A stretch of 64,000 nt of DNA from Somniosus microcephalus (GCA_052327205.1 CM126219.1:29760001-29824000); one strand, 5' to 3'; numbered from the stretch's first letter, positions 1-12,357 are shown. Translations and numbers: made by a program. Notes: generated from the sequence alone by a model not told the origin.

Positions 1-136
1 GAGGGACATCTTTAGCAGCTGGTGAAACACACATTATCTCATCACCCATCGCCTGACCATCCACCTCAGTCAATCCTCCGAAAGCACAGACAACGCCAGC
101 AGCAAGGTCCGGGACATCACTCACTTTCAGAGTAAG
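1..136 (-). CDS. PLXNA2: Plexin-A2-like coding exon, runs off the window start (Ig-like/IPT region after PSI1)
   Basis: Minus strand reads ttttctacAG|CTT ACT CTG... = [45 protein letters not shown], closely matching recalled plexin-A2 ([28 protein letters not shown]...ICISPGPKDVP). Acceptor AG at 138-137; phase 0 fits the previous exon. Not in the ORF track. Confidence 0.92.
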
Positions 137-152
137 CTGTAGAAAACATATA

Positions 153-454
153 AAGAAAGACTTGCATTTATATAGAGCATTCCACGACCACCGGACATCT
201 CAAGGCGCTTTACAGCCAATGAATTACTTTTGAAGTGGAGTCACTGTTGTAAGGTGGGAAATGCGGCTGCCCATTTGCACACAGCAAGCTCCCACAAACA
301 GCAATGAGATAATGTCCAGATAATCTGTTTTTCTAATGTTGGTTGAGGGGTAAATATTGGCCAGGACACCAGGGAGAAGTCCCCTGCTCTTCTTCGAAAT
401 AGTGCCGTGGAGAGAGCAGACGGGGTCTCAGTTTAATGTCTCATCCGAAAGGCG
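153..454 (-). mobile_element. SacSINE1-like DeuSINE, 5'-truncated with an internal deletion
   Basis: Colinear with the fuller copy at 55428-55880 (cttgcatttatatag...cagcaagctcccacaaacagcaatgagataa...ggccaggacaccagggagaa). The 3' tail points toward the exon acceptor. Confidence 0.8.
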
Positions 455-817
455 TGCAGAATTCAGGAATCTCCATATTTGTGCTCCTCAAAATGAGATG
501 ACAGTACGGGGGAGGAGAAAAATCTATTTTTGGCGGTAGTTCCACTGACAGCAGCATTAAGCACTCGCAGGTTTAATATTAAATAGGCTTTAAGTGCAGG
601 CTCTGCTGCTCCAGCCAATGTGCCCAATGCGGAAGCTCCTGCTACATTACTAGGGAGACCATTTTCATTTCCAATATTCTCTTTTGGGCTTCAGAGCAAA
701 TTTAGCTCATTAATGCCAAGTAGTGTTGTGGACGTTGACACACACAAAACTATGTATAGCGATAAAGCACAAACAATTTTTCAACTGTTCGGAGAGATTG
801 GTCTCTCTGCTGATAAT

Positions 818-1007
818 TAATGGGGTGAAGTTCTGTAGTGCGATATTAGCAACAAACCTGTTGACACATTTGCATGAAATTCCTCTGTGCATTATTTTAA
901 TGAACCTATTTAAAGTAAGCCTTCATTAAAATGCCAAAGTAATCTCATATTAATGCTTTAATCCATTCCTAACTGAGATTGCACAGCACAATTTCACTCC
1001 ATTAGTG
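818..1007. repeat. Imperfect ~190-bp palindrome, probably an old MITE
   Basis: Left arm taatggggtgaagttctgtagtgcg vs reverse complement of the right arm taatggagtgaaattgtgctgtgca; inner ttttaatgaa...ttcattaaaa inverted pair. Confidence 0.55.
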
Positions 1008-1636
1008 GCTTGCAAGGAGATTAAAAATAAGCATTTGTTCTATCCCGGTCTCGAAAGCCAGCATGTGAACTGGCAATCTTTGAACTCTCAAAGAAATGCG
1101 AGCGCAAAATATGAGAATTTCTTTGCAAATAATGCGACCCTGCATCAACCATCCACAAGAATCTTTTAAGTATCAAGCAGCCAATTTTCCACTGAGTTTG
1201 AGCTGATTTTATATTACTTTTGGAAATTATAAAAGGAATTTCAGATTATCCTTAATTTATATATTACTTTACATTAGTAACAAACTTAGTGAAGAAGTCT
1301 CACCATCAGTATCTTTAAAAAAAATCAGCTAAATGGAATTGCGATCAGTTTCTTGCGTGTAATGGTTTTTTGAATGCACAAATTGGGGACAAATAGAGGA
1401 ATTATAACACAATGAAATGATAAAGCAGAATTAGAGCCAAACAATAGCAGAGCTTAAGTTAATTATAATTCTTTGTAATCATTTAACTTTTGAAAGCCGA
1501 TGGGAGGGCTCCTTCCACACATCAGCAGAAGTGTTTAACTCTGCAATATAACAGCAACACTCTTTCCCCGTCTTCCACTGGGTGGATGCGCTAAACCAAG
1601 AATCGTAAGAGCACTGGCCGAGTGCCAAACACTGAC

Positions 1637-1760
1637 CGGTACACTGTGCTCAGACACAGATATACTGTTTGGCTGGATGCTGAGTTTCACACACTGTTCG
1701 ATACTGGCAGCAAATCTATAGGGCTCTTCGGCTCGCTCACACTTGTCTCTCCTCGAGCAC
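1637..1760 (-). CDS. PLXNA2: Plexin-A2-like coding exon, 124 nt (end of PSI1)
   Basis: ttttgttttaAG|G TGC TCG AGG...GTA CCG|GTcagt. Encodes [54 protein letters not shown] and SISVSEHS fit PLXNA2 better than PLXNA1/3/4. The first G completes the ATG codon begun in the upstream exon. Confidence 0.93.
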
Positions 1761-3487
1761 CTTAAAACAAAAAAGAGAAAAGAATAAAAAGTTAATCTGG
1801 AGATCAAGAATGGTTCAGAAATACCACTTGCCCGATCAAGAGATCTCAGTAGAAGCTACCCCCAGGTAATAATACAACACTGTACTCAGTTTAGTCAATT
1901 CATTCAGTTCAGATCTTACCAACTCAAAAAGTAATTCAAACCTTTCCCCATTCACAGAGCGACGTCAGTAGTCCAGGGCTCTAGAGTCTCACTTATACTT
2001 TGACACACGTGAGACCACGTTCAGCTTGGGCCATTATGGTCCACACTGATTGCAGAGCCCCTGGGTTTGCAGCATGCCAGTTCACGAGCCAGGAGGTATT
2101 AATTTAAATTAAACTACCTGCCTGACGCATGTGCTGACTTTGAATTAACTGTTGAAATATGTAGATTCATGTTAACTATTTTGGTTTGGCTTACAGTACT
2201 GGACAATGCACGTAGTGAGCCTTTTTACTCTAGAGCAGACAGCTACCCAGTGATGATACTCGTCCCCTCACAGTTTCTTGACTTGTACTGTAAATTCACC
2301 ACAATTATAACTAGCAGAATAAATAGAATTTTAACAAATGTGTTAAATGATGTCCCGCCATCAGGAAGCAGTGACTTCACCCCACTGACCCAATCCAACC
2401 AGGCAGTTTACATCTTGCATATAAATGGGGAAATGGGTCATTTTTCCTCCACATTATTTATACAATGCCTTCTAATCTGAATTAGCTGTGACAAATCAAG
2501 ACTCCGAATTTACAATTCTAATAAAAACCAAGCTTTATTGAGTATTCAACTAACCTGGCTGGAGAACTGGAAATTTCTGTATTTTTTAATATTTACTAAC
2601 CTCTAGATACTTGACCCTTCTCAGATTTATACAGAGAGGACCTCTCTTGAGTAGTGATGAATTGATTTTTAATTCTGAAAGCTGATTTGGTATTCCCATT
2701 GAAAGTACTTAGTCAGTTCCAGTGTGTGCTCTTTACCTGTTCAACCCTCATGAATATTTATCTGTCCCCTCTGACCTCGACCGAGGGAATAGGGAAGTAC
2801 AACGTGCGATATTTAGCTGATCTTTAACCTGAGCCGACAACAGAGCGAGAAGAAAAACACTGGAAGAAAATAGCAATAATGCAATAATAAACAAATTAGC
2901 CCTAGATTGGTACACATTCTGGTTGCTCATTCTGCACTGGCCTCTCTTACTTCTGCAATCATCGGAATATCACATCTACAGTTCATAGCATTTTTGTGAA
3001 TAAATCACACAGGGAACAAATGTAGCTCAAGACACAAAACTACAATCATTAAAGCAATACTGTTTGCTTCAGGAATTCTTGTAATTATAGCCATCTGTTC
3101 AAACATGATTTTGTAATTCAGTGATCTATTTACAGGATGAAGCTGCCAACACATACACACACAAAATGAGACCAGTGCCATCACTGGTAGAGCCCATCAT
3201 TCTGACTGAAAAATGTACAACTTCTAAATAATCACAGGGTCTCTATAGCATCTGCTAAAAATAATTCACTAATGGGGAGAAATTGTGCTGTGCAATCATA
3301 GCATACAAATTTGTTAATGTGTCCAAATGTTACTGTCACACAATTTTGCCCAGAAGCTTCCGAAGATGATTATAAAGGCAAATTAAAACAACGCATGGAG
3401 AGCATTTCTCCGATTCCAGTATTTTCCCTATACCCATCAGTGACTGATTTTTCACTCTGTAATCTTACAATGATCAAAATAGCTTTA

Positions 3488-3795
3488 AACCAGGGGTCAC
3501 AGTCTAAGGATAAGGGGTAAGCCATTTAGGACAGAGATGAGGAGGAATTTCTTCACCCAGAGAGTGGTGAACCTGTGGAATTCTCTGCCAAAGAAGGCAG
3601 TAGAGGCCAATTCATTAAATATATTCAAGAAGGAGTTGGATATATTTCTTAAGGCTAAAGGGATCAAGGGATATGGAGAGAAGGCAGGGACAGGGTACTG
3701 AATTTGGATGATCAGCCATGATCTCATTGAATGGCGGAGCAGGCTCGAGGGGCCGAATGGCCTACTCCTGCTCCTATCTTCTATGTTTCTATGTA
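3488..3795 (+). mobile_element. CR1 (HER1-like) LINE 3' fragment
   Basis: Encodes RIRGKPFRTEMRRNFFTQRVVNLWNSLP, then the 3' UTR ggccgaatggcctactcctgctcc and a ctatgtttctatgt tail. Nearly identical to 61268-61570. Confidence 0.9.
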
Positions 3796-4442
3796 ACACC
3801 TCTGTGAATGTCACACTGTGCTAAGGCTAGACTTCAGTTTCCCTAATAAACCTGGAAGGGGAAAAAAGAGACAAAGAGGAAACAAAAATACATGGTGGAT
3901 TTCCAGGATAACTTAAGGGATGGGAAGAAAGCCATGGTCCATTACTAGGGAAGGCCACTGAAGCAAATAGTATAAATGAATTCAAGACACAACCAGATGT
4001 AATTCTGAATTGAGTTATGGTGAGAAGGAAGGATTCAACTCAATTAAAAGGGGCCTAGGCTGGTTGGACCAAATGTGTTTTTTCCCCCCTATTCCTAAAG
4101 CTTTCTGTGTTCTTTTAGAGGAGACAGACATTCTAAGCTTGCATAGGCAATTTTCTTCCAAAAAATCCATTTACAGATATCACCTTTGAAATTTAACATG
4201 CAATATTAACAAACACTTTGCACTTCTGTACAACATTTATTTTCCACTACAGAGGTGCTAATCCATTTCAGTTAACCATTTACTTTAAATGGGACAAAAC
4301 CAAAAAAAAAGGAATGTTACAAATGTGCAAACCCTTTGTAGACTAATATGTAATGTAGTTTGAAGGCCATTTAGTTTGATAACAGCATTAATTAATGCAT
4401 TATATGTAATTAGAGGCCATTACATTTACTCCTTTACATCAG

Positions 4443-4845
4443 CATAAGAACATAAGAAATAGGAGCAGGAGTAGGCCATTCAGCCCTTCGAGCCTGCTCC
4501 GCCATTCAATAAGATCATGGCTGATCTTCTACCTCAACTCCACCTTCCCCCACTATCCTCATATCCCTTGATTTCCTGAGTATCCAAAAATCTATCGATC
4601 TCTGTCGTGAATGTACTCAACTACCCTCTGGGCTAGAGAATTCCAAAGATTCACAACCCTCCGAGTGAAGAAATGTCTCCTCATCTCAGTCCTAAATGGC
4701 CGACCCCTTATTCTGAGACTGTGACCCCAAGTTCTAGACTCTCCAGCCAGGGGGAAACATCCTCCCAGCATCTACCTTGTCAAGCCCAAGAATGTTATAT
4801 GTTTTAATGAGATCACCTCTCATTCTTCTAAACTCTAGGGAATAG
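4443..4845 (-). mobile_element. CR1 LINE 3' fragment
   Basis: cataagaacataagaaataggagcaggagtaggcc tail; minus-strand translation YSLEFRRMRGDLIKTYNIL. Confidence 0.9.
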
Positions 4846-5899
4846 CAGGAAAACAACTGACCCTTGAAGCCCAGATTCAGACCATCTTTCCCCTCCAAAT
4901 CTAGCTTTTCAGTGCTGATGCAGAAAGGGAGGCAAAAGCACAAAACAACGACGACAAAGGCTTTCCTTCCTGGCTGCACCTGCCCCAGACACACACACTA
5001 TCTACACTCACATGATCAGCGTACAATAGGTTCTTGCACGTTTTTGCAAGTTGAACTGTAGAATGACCCCATTTTGAATTCCTTTGGTGGTTTCCACTTG
5101 ATAATATTCAGATACAAGTTATTTAAACCTTATCGTACAGAAATAATCTAGTCTATGACAGTCCCCATTATATCTTTGCCCTCGGGGTGCAGAGAGGCCA
5201 GTGGTTGGTTGATATGAAATTTATAAAAGAGACACAAACCTGACAAGCTGAACACTGTAAAAGAGAATCTGCGTCTCTAATTTATGAAATGAATCCAGTA
5301 ATGAGCAGAACTACTGAAAAGGCAAAATTGACCCTTCTATAACAGAATTCAAAAAGGTTTCACAAAATCTAATTTTGTCCCTGGTGTACTGACAACTTTC
5401 CAGTGCACAGAATCAGCCTCATTATACAAGCACTACCTATTTCATAGCAAGAAATCAATGGTGAACTTTCCACAGCATTACAACAATAATGAACTCAGAA
5501 GAGGATCTGTAATTAAGCAGTATTGATTGAGATGATATGCATAGCCTTATGTCCAATCAAATAACACGGTGCATTATTCATCATTATTTCATACTCATAG
5601 TTCAGAATGGAGCGCTGAACTGGAAGAAAAGCAAACTGCTGCATGTGATTACACACACGCTTCACAATAAAATGCTGCATGTTGCAATGGACTAACTCAT
5701 CGTAAAAATCAGAACGGCTGAACTAAATAGGTATTACACTATTGGGTAAATTCATCGTGTGGAGTTGTGCTTGAAGTGAGTGTGGGCCAGAGAATTAGCG
5801 CTAGTGTAGTAGCCCTATCACTGACCTGCGCTCTGTTCGCGAACAGTATTGGTGAACTTACTAGTGTCTCAAAATGGCAGCAGGTCGACTTCCATACTT

Positions 5900-6550
5900 T
5901 AAAGGGGTGCAAAGCAACAAGCACCCGGTCGCGGTGCCACTAACGTCTCTAAACGGTGTTTAGCGACGGCAGTAGCCAGTAGCGCCTCGCAACTCCGGTG
6001 ATGACGCCATTGCCGTGCGCAGCGCCCCAGCCGCAAACTTGGGTCGGGCCCCCTGACGTTCTGTCGGACACTATGTCTGACAGGGTCAGGGGGGCGTACG
6101 TGAGGCGATATTTAAAAGGGAAGGTGCTGGGCCACCATTTTTTTTTTGCTGGCCACTTGCCAGCACCTGTCCCCTCGGGGTACCGGCCGCGATCAGTCAG
6201 CCCGGCACTCCTCTCGAGTGTCGGGCTCTTTTGCCGGCACCCCGCTCCCTGGTGGCCCAGCAGGACCTCGGTTCGCGCTGTGCTAGGCCCCTCCCCTTTA
6301 ATAAGGGTAGGAAGGCCTGCAGTATGGTGGCGCGATGTGCTGACGCTCGTGGCGCTGTGGCACGTGGTGTTGCAATATTGGGCTGGAGCCCCCCCCAAGA
6401 GGGAGGGGGAGCGCTTCCAGTAGTGCCCCGCCTCCTGCTTAGGGTGCTACAATCAATTTTGGGCGCGGCAATGCTAACTTTTTTGGGGCGCTAAAAGTAG
6501 TGCCCCAGCGAAGTTGGTGCCCAACAGGGGTGCGACCCAATTTTCCCCCC
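5900..6550. mobile_element. GC/CpG-rich non-autonomous DNA transposon, relative of the 33454-34124 family (left end unresolved)
   Basis: Shares ggtgcaaagcaac(a/t)agcacccgg with 33511-33532. It has a central tatttaaa, repeated gcgcta/tagcgc motifs and a right terminus ccaattttcccccc. Confidence 0.6.
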
Positions 6551-6837
6551 TAAATCTTTTACACAGACGGGTAAATTTTCTTTGTCTGATGGGCTGGCAC
6601 ACGTGCGAATTGAGCATTATAAGTAAGCAATTTTGTTTGTTAGTACCAGCTCCTCGATTGTTCAGCTTCTTGGCCCCCCATGAAATTTCTCAGGTGACCC
6701 AATAGTTTTTACCCATGTTTACGTACAGACCCACCAATAGAATAGACCCCAATAATGTTTATAACCAAGTAGCAACTGTAATTTTCACTGGTAAAGTACT
6801 GCTGCATTACTAGTTATTAAAATCAGCTCTTGTACAC

Positions 6838-7446
6838 ATTTATTGACTCGATACCTTTGTTACTTCTAGACTTGACTGTTCCAACATACTCCTGGCTAGC
6901 CTCCCATGTTCTACCCTACGTAAACTTGAGGTCATCCAAAACGCGGCTGCCCACGTCCTAACTAGCACCAAGTCCCATTCGCCCATCGCCCCTGCGCTCG
7001 CTAACCTACATTGGCTCCCGGTTAAGCAACGCCTCGATTTTAAAATTCTCATTCTTGTTTTCAAATCCCTCCATGGCCTCGCCACTCCCCATCTCTGTAA
7101 TCTCCTCCAGCCCCACAACCCCCCCTCCCCCGAGATATCTGCGTTCCTCTAATTCTGCCCTCTTGAGCATCCCTGATTTTAATTGCTCAACCATTGGTGG
7201 CCGTGCCTTCTGTTGCCTAGGCCCTAAGCTCTGGAATTCCCTGCCTAAACCTCTCTACCTCTCTTTCCTCCTTTAAGACTTTCCTTAAAACCTACCTCTT
7301 TGACCAAGCTTTTGGTCATCTTGCCCTAATTTCTCCTTATGGGCCTCGGTATCAAATTTTGTGTTTTATAATACTCCTGTGAAGCGCTTTGGGACATTTT
7401 ATTACATTAAAGGTGCTGTGTAAACACAAGTTGTTGCTGTTGATGT
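6838..7446 (+). mobile_element. L2-clade LINE 3' fragment
   Basis: Reads as FVTSRLDCSN...IQNAAAHVLTS...LHWLPVKQRLDFKILILVFKSLHG (L2 C-terminal motif); ends in a gttgttgctgttg tail. Confidence 0.85.
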
Positions 7447-7524
7447 TGCTAATAATGTGAAGCTGCTCACTTCAAGCTTCAGCACCGGCAAACCCTGAAA
7501 AATGGTTGGCTGGAAAGAGAAGTA

Positions 7525-8062
7525 CAGGAAACTCTTTGGTATCCGGGACCGGCGTGTTGCCGGTTGATCAAAAATTCTGGATGACGGAGAGGGTTATCTA
7601 CCGAGGCTATTTTTAACAAAGAAAAATAAAAAAAATCAAGAAATGTGCAGTATACAGTAATTGGGTACTCAGCTACAGAATGTTGTGTTAAATGGATGGT
7701 GGAAGATGCTTGATTAAGTACAGTACTGCCAGTTGAGGGTAATGCAATGCATTGACTACCAGCAGCGTGGGAGACACACAGTACCCCTGTAAAATGGCAG
7801 ATCAGCAGAGACCACCAGCAGCGCGGGGGAGTCAGACTCCTGTTGCAGGGGTTTTGAGGTGTTCCGACTTCCAACCGTGCCAAGAAGCAGAGTAGTGGCA
7901 GTTTGGAGAACTACCCCCACTGACTAACTCGGCTACCGCGGGAGACTCAGACATGTACTTGGCAACATTGCCGGTTATTGAGGTGTTGTTTTCGGAATGA
8001 GAATTTTGCCGGTTAATAGAGAATTCCGGATATTTAGGTGCCGTTTAAACGAGAGTTTCCTG
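7525..8062. mobile_element. pogo/Tigger-like (Tc1-mariner superfamily) MITE, 538 bp
   Basis: TA|CAGGAAACTCT ... AGAGTTTCCTG|TA: perfect 11-bp TIR with TA TSD at 7523-7524 and 8063-8064. Confidence 0.85.
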
Positions 8063-8547
8063 TATATTTCTCACGTACTAAAAGCTTGATCTTTGGCCTG
8101 TTCTAAATTAACTGAGCTAAGGCCAGCAATAGAGGTGCTAAAAATGTCCTTTGTACCTTCCTGAATCTTTCTTGGAGGGTCGAAGGAGCTCCTCCTGCAT
8201 CATGGAAGTCAAAAATAAAAAGCTAAAGTTTTGTGTTGTCAAAGTAAGAAAACGTCAGCTTTTGGGAACCAGAAGTGTTTTACTTTTTGGCACCAGGCAT
8301 CACAATGAAGTATTCCCAGGTTAGGCATAGTTTGGTCAGATCCGTTGTTCAAAAAACAGCTTTAATCCTCATCCTTGGGACAGTATCGCTTAATGGGCCA
8401 GTGTGAATTTTTACATTTGTTACACCAGACACCACTTTACGTAATTAACTCAATTAGTGCAGAACTATCGGCAATTTTTTTTTTTTTTGCAGTGGCTCTG
8501 TACCCTCTAAGAGATGGGCCGAGAACACTAGGCATGCAAGTTAATGC

Positions 8548-9389
8548 CAAAGCAAAATGCTGCGGATGCTGGAAATCTGAAATAAAAACAGAAAATGAGG
8601 AAAATACTCAGCAGAGTCAGGCAGCATCGGTGGAGAGAGAAACAGAGTTAATGGACCTGGAATTGCGGTCGGAGGCTTCCCGTGGGTGAATGCCTCCGAT
8701 CCGCAAGAAAAGTACGCACCTACCTGGTGCCTCCGTATCTTCGGACTTATGCGGTCCTGGGCCTCCAGGGGTAGGCCTGCGTAAAGGCCCATGTATCCCA
8801 GGGACGCAGACGGTTCGCAAGCATCCTGGGATCACATGGGCCGGCCCGACCAATCACAAAGGTGGGATTCCCATTATACTTATGGGGGGTTCCATTTAGG
8901 TACGGAATCCCCATAAGCTTAATAGAAATGACACAAAAAACACTTTCACACAACCTAAATAAAAATAAATCTCACATTTAAAAAGAATTAAAACACAATT
9001 TAATCAAACATTTCAAACAAAAATTTAATTTTTTGAAAAATTTTTTTTTTTTTTTTTTTTTTTTTAAACCCTTACCCTGGCGAAAGGCCCGACGCCGACT
9101 TATACCAGGCGTAAGAGTTTCATGGGCATTCGCTGGGCAAACAGCCCAACCCTGCGCCAGCGAAAGTCCATTTCCAGCACACGTGGATGATCTGTCAATC
9201 TAAAACTTGACAGATCGCAAGTTCCGGGTTTTCGCAAATAGGCAGCTGAGCGTACGCGGTCATAGGCCCTGTAAAATTCAGGCCAATGTTTCAGATCGAT
9301 GACCTTTCTGCTAAAAAAACATTAACTCTTTCTCTCTCCACAGCTGCTGTCTGACCTGTTGAGTATTTCCAGCATTTTCTCTTTTGATT
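8548..9389. mobile_element. Inverted pair of Penelope-like terminal-repeat fragments, interrupted by a MITE at 8653-9284
   Basis: 8548-8652 plus 9285-9310 are the reverse complement of the Penelope end at 48520-48618; 9317-9389 is the same sequence in forward orientation. Confidence 0.75.
8653..9284. mobile_element. Hairpin-rich non-autonomous DNA transposon with 3-bp TSD (PIF/Harbinger-like)
   Basis: AAT|ggacctggaatt ... aaaattcaggcc|AAT. Removing it restores the host repeat (gagttaatgtttcagatcgatgacc). Related in inverted orientation to 57758-58482. Confidence 0.8.
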
Positions 9390-9539
9390 ATGCGCGTTTA
9401 GTAGCTAGATTGAGCGAGAGAGAGAGAGGAGAGCGACTTTAGTTCAGTCATCCTTGGTTGCCGGCAAACCCAGTTTCAAGGATGAAAGGACAATTCAAAT
9501 CCATTATGCCACCCAATCTCCCCAATCCTTGATTCACAC

Positions 9540-9712
9540 AGTAAATACTGGAAGTACACAGCAGCTCCATCAGCATCTGTAAAGAGAAATGTCAGGTTAA
9601 CATTGTGGAGTTAACCCTTTATTGAAACAGTTCTGAAACACTAATTATCTGTTTCCTTTACAGATGCTGACAAACTGGTTGTGCATTTTCAACATTTTCG
9701 GTTTTCATTTCA
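9540..9712. repeat. Older degraded inverted pair of Penelope-like terminal repeats
   Basis: cagcatctgtaaag (9571) vs ctttacagatgctg (9656); flanks resemble 8548-8650. Confidence 0.55.
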
Positions 9713-12065
9713 CATGTAGAAAGTGCCCATGAAGTTCCAATGGAATACAAGGCTACTTCTTAATGTGAGTTTGGACTAGGCTGGCGTTATACTGAACTGG
9801 GAGTGAAGTCCAAATGGTGCGAGTTGATCTACTACAAATAGTCTTGTACCTCCCGGATTTGGTACGTTTAGAAGTCAGGCCCTGATTCCAGAGTTATCTC
9901 CTGTTTTGTTGTCCACTTGCATCTGAAACTACTTTGCATTGGCGCAAAGTGGTAATACGATGACAAGGGTGATTTCCACATTTCAATCAATCAGTCATTT
10001 TTCAAATGAGAGTGACTTTAGCAAGCATTTTTAACTGAGAATATTCTACATCAGGTCTCACTCCTACAGTTCCTCCTCACTGATTGACAACTCCAAACCA
10101 TTCAGTACTGAAAGGACCAACGGACCCCCAGTAATAAAGCCGTATGTCAAATTTCCCAACCTGTCAGAACGCTACTCTGCTGCAGTAATCCTTCACGCTG
10201 TAATGACCCTGCAGAGCGGAATGCTTTGTACTGAGGGAATATTTCTTTTGCAGAGGTAAGCAATTATATTGTCGCAAGACGACATTATAATACCACAGTA
10301 TTCATGAATTGTATTATATTAACTGACAAATGCATCATGTTAGTCACATAACTAGGATTCTTTAGAAAACGACTTCTGATGTATTCCTGCTTACTAAATT
10401 GAGTGCGCAATTTTATTTTCAGCTCAAGAAATTAATAACGAAAGCTTCACCTTTTGAACCGAGCTTCCCTATCTAAGTTTACAGTTTGGGCATTTAAAAC
10501 CCATTATGAACAAAATTAAAAACAGCTACACATTCTGATTGCGAACCCTGGAAGAAGGTTTAGACAGAATCTGTTGAAGTGAAGCACTACTGTTTGCTTT
10601 GCCTGGTTAAGACATTTATGGCTAACAACTAGGTTGCCATATCTTCCAAGTCCCACAGCAGACTGACACTCCAATCCGCCTGCTGTGTGTTCGGTTTTCT
10701 TTTCCTTTTAAATCAGCTCTCCTTCAGGCAATGCCTCCTTCTGTGATCAAGAAATATAAGCAGGATTTTCCACCAGATGGATAATGTGGCAGTGGTGCCA
10801 GTTGGAAAACATTCAACTGACTAATCTGATCATCACTCGCCCAAAGTTACCTGAACAGTTGCTCCCCCCCTCCAGCCCACCCCCTTCATAGAGCCATTTC
10901 CTCCACTCTTCACAGAGACACTTCTTCCCCCCCTCCCCAGCACTCTCCCATTCTGATGCGTTCCTTGCTGCTCGTTCCAGATCCATCTGCTGCGCAATTC
11001 CGTTCCTTCGCTCCAGAATTGGACTGCCTGCTGTCCTCTGCAGAGGGGAATTCCTGATCGGGCAAAAAAACTGTCCCGAAAGCAGGAATTCAAGGTGTGG
11101 CGAATGGCACAGAATCCATGCCCAGAGCAAAACGACAGCATCGAGAGCTTGGCAAGTTATCCTGGGGTGGCAAATTCCCTGCTGCAGTGCAAGCTTTTAC
11201 TGCAACAGCTGATCAGCCAAGAAAAACAAGATTACCCATTCAAACACAGCTCACACACCTGCCTATGGTTTTGCTCTACTGAAAAGTGTAACAAATTTAA
11301 ATTGTCAATCGCCAGAAAAGCAGGCTTTGCATCAAAGGGATTTTTTTTTTGTGGGTGTTCAGGTCGCTCTTGAGGTATTGAATAGCTTCCAATTTGATTT
11401 TAAAGCTATTTAGTAACAGAGAACTGAAATCCAGGCAAACTACACTGCAAGCCGATTTTATCTACCGTGGTGGTGGGGGGGGGGGGGGTTAAAGGTCAAC
11501 TTCCACTGGTCTCATCGTGCCAATTAGCATTACCAGGAAAAAAAAGGAAAGCAAAAGAAATGGATAGTGATTGGTATTATTGCAACTCTGGCACCTTCTG
11601 CGAGTTTTGCCAGCAGCTCCTTGAAGCCACTGTTTGGAGACCAACGTAAATCAAATGTTGGTCATAGCTCTCCCATCTATCACTGTTGGACAAATCCCAC
11701 CCTCTATCAAATCCTTAGCTCCCCCGATCATGGCGAAGCACACCGTCCAATCCAAGAAGGCTTTTAAAGGCTTCCCTTCATTCCCATCTCTGCAGCAGCG
11801 GAACCAAGCATCCCAAGGTCTTCCGTTTCTTCCTCTCTGGCTTTGCTCATGTCTCTCTTGCTCGCAATTTCTCTCTAGGTTTGCGCAGTCTCTCTCGCTA
11901 GGTTTTCCCTTTGAGGCCAGGAAGGTACATGGAAGGGCAAAATTTGAGGTATGAAGCAAAGTTTTCTTTTTAAAACAGTGGATTTAATATTTGTTCAAAA
12001 CCCAAAAAGTACCAGAAATCAAGATGAGTATCTACATGAGTCAACCAAGTAGTTTGTACTGGATT

Positions 12066-12272
12066 TTAGATGGCTGCATTAATGTAGGCCATTAGATGGC
12101 TGCATTAGTGTAGGCCATTAGATGGCTGCATTAGTGTAGGCCATTAGATGGCTGCATTAGTGTAGGCCATTAGATGCTGCATTAGAGTAGGCCATTAGAT
12201 GGCTGCATTAGTGTAGGCCATTAGATGGCTGCATTAGTGTAGGCCATTAGATGGCTGCATTAGTGTAGGCCA
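12066..12272. repeat. Minisatellite, 8 x 26 bp (TTAGATGGCTGCATTAGTGTAGGCCA)
   Basis: Eight head-to-tail units. Unit 1 has one substitution; unit 5 has a 1-nt deletion and a substitution. No spacers. Confidence 0.97.
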
Positions 12273-12357
12273 TTAATTAAATAAGGTGACTTAAATATGT
12301 ATCTGTTGTCAGCACCACCAGCAGAAATGTAGTCAGTTTAATGTTATATAAATATCC

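Noticed and set aside
1535-1807. 90-aa ORF as a stand-alone gene
   Set aside because: Only 1637-1760 is plexin-like and bounded by splice sites; the remainder is intron read-through.
1065-2085. 11-bp complementary pair GTGAACTGGCA / TGCCAGTTCAC flanking the exon
   Set aside because: About one such match is expected by chance in 2 kb.
10813-11141. In-frame alternative coding exon of PLXNA2
   Set aside because: The open frames end in phase 0 or 1 at the donor-like site, but the next exon needs phase 2, and that frame has a TGA shortly upstream.
12066-12272. Possible CRISPR array
   Set aside because: Units are head-to-tail with no unique spacers, no cas genes are present, and the context is a eukaryotic intron.
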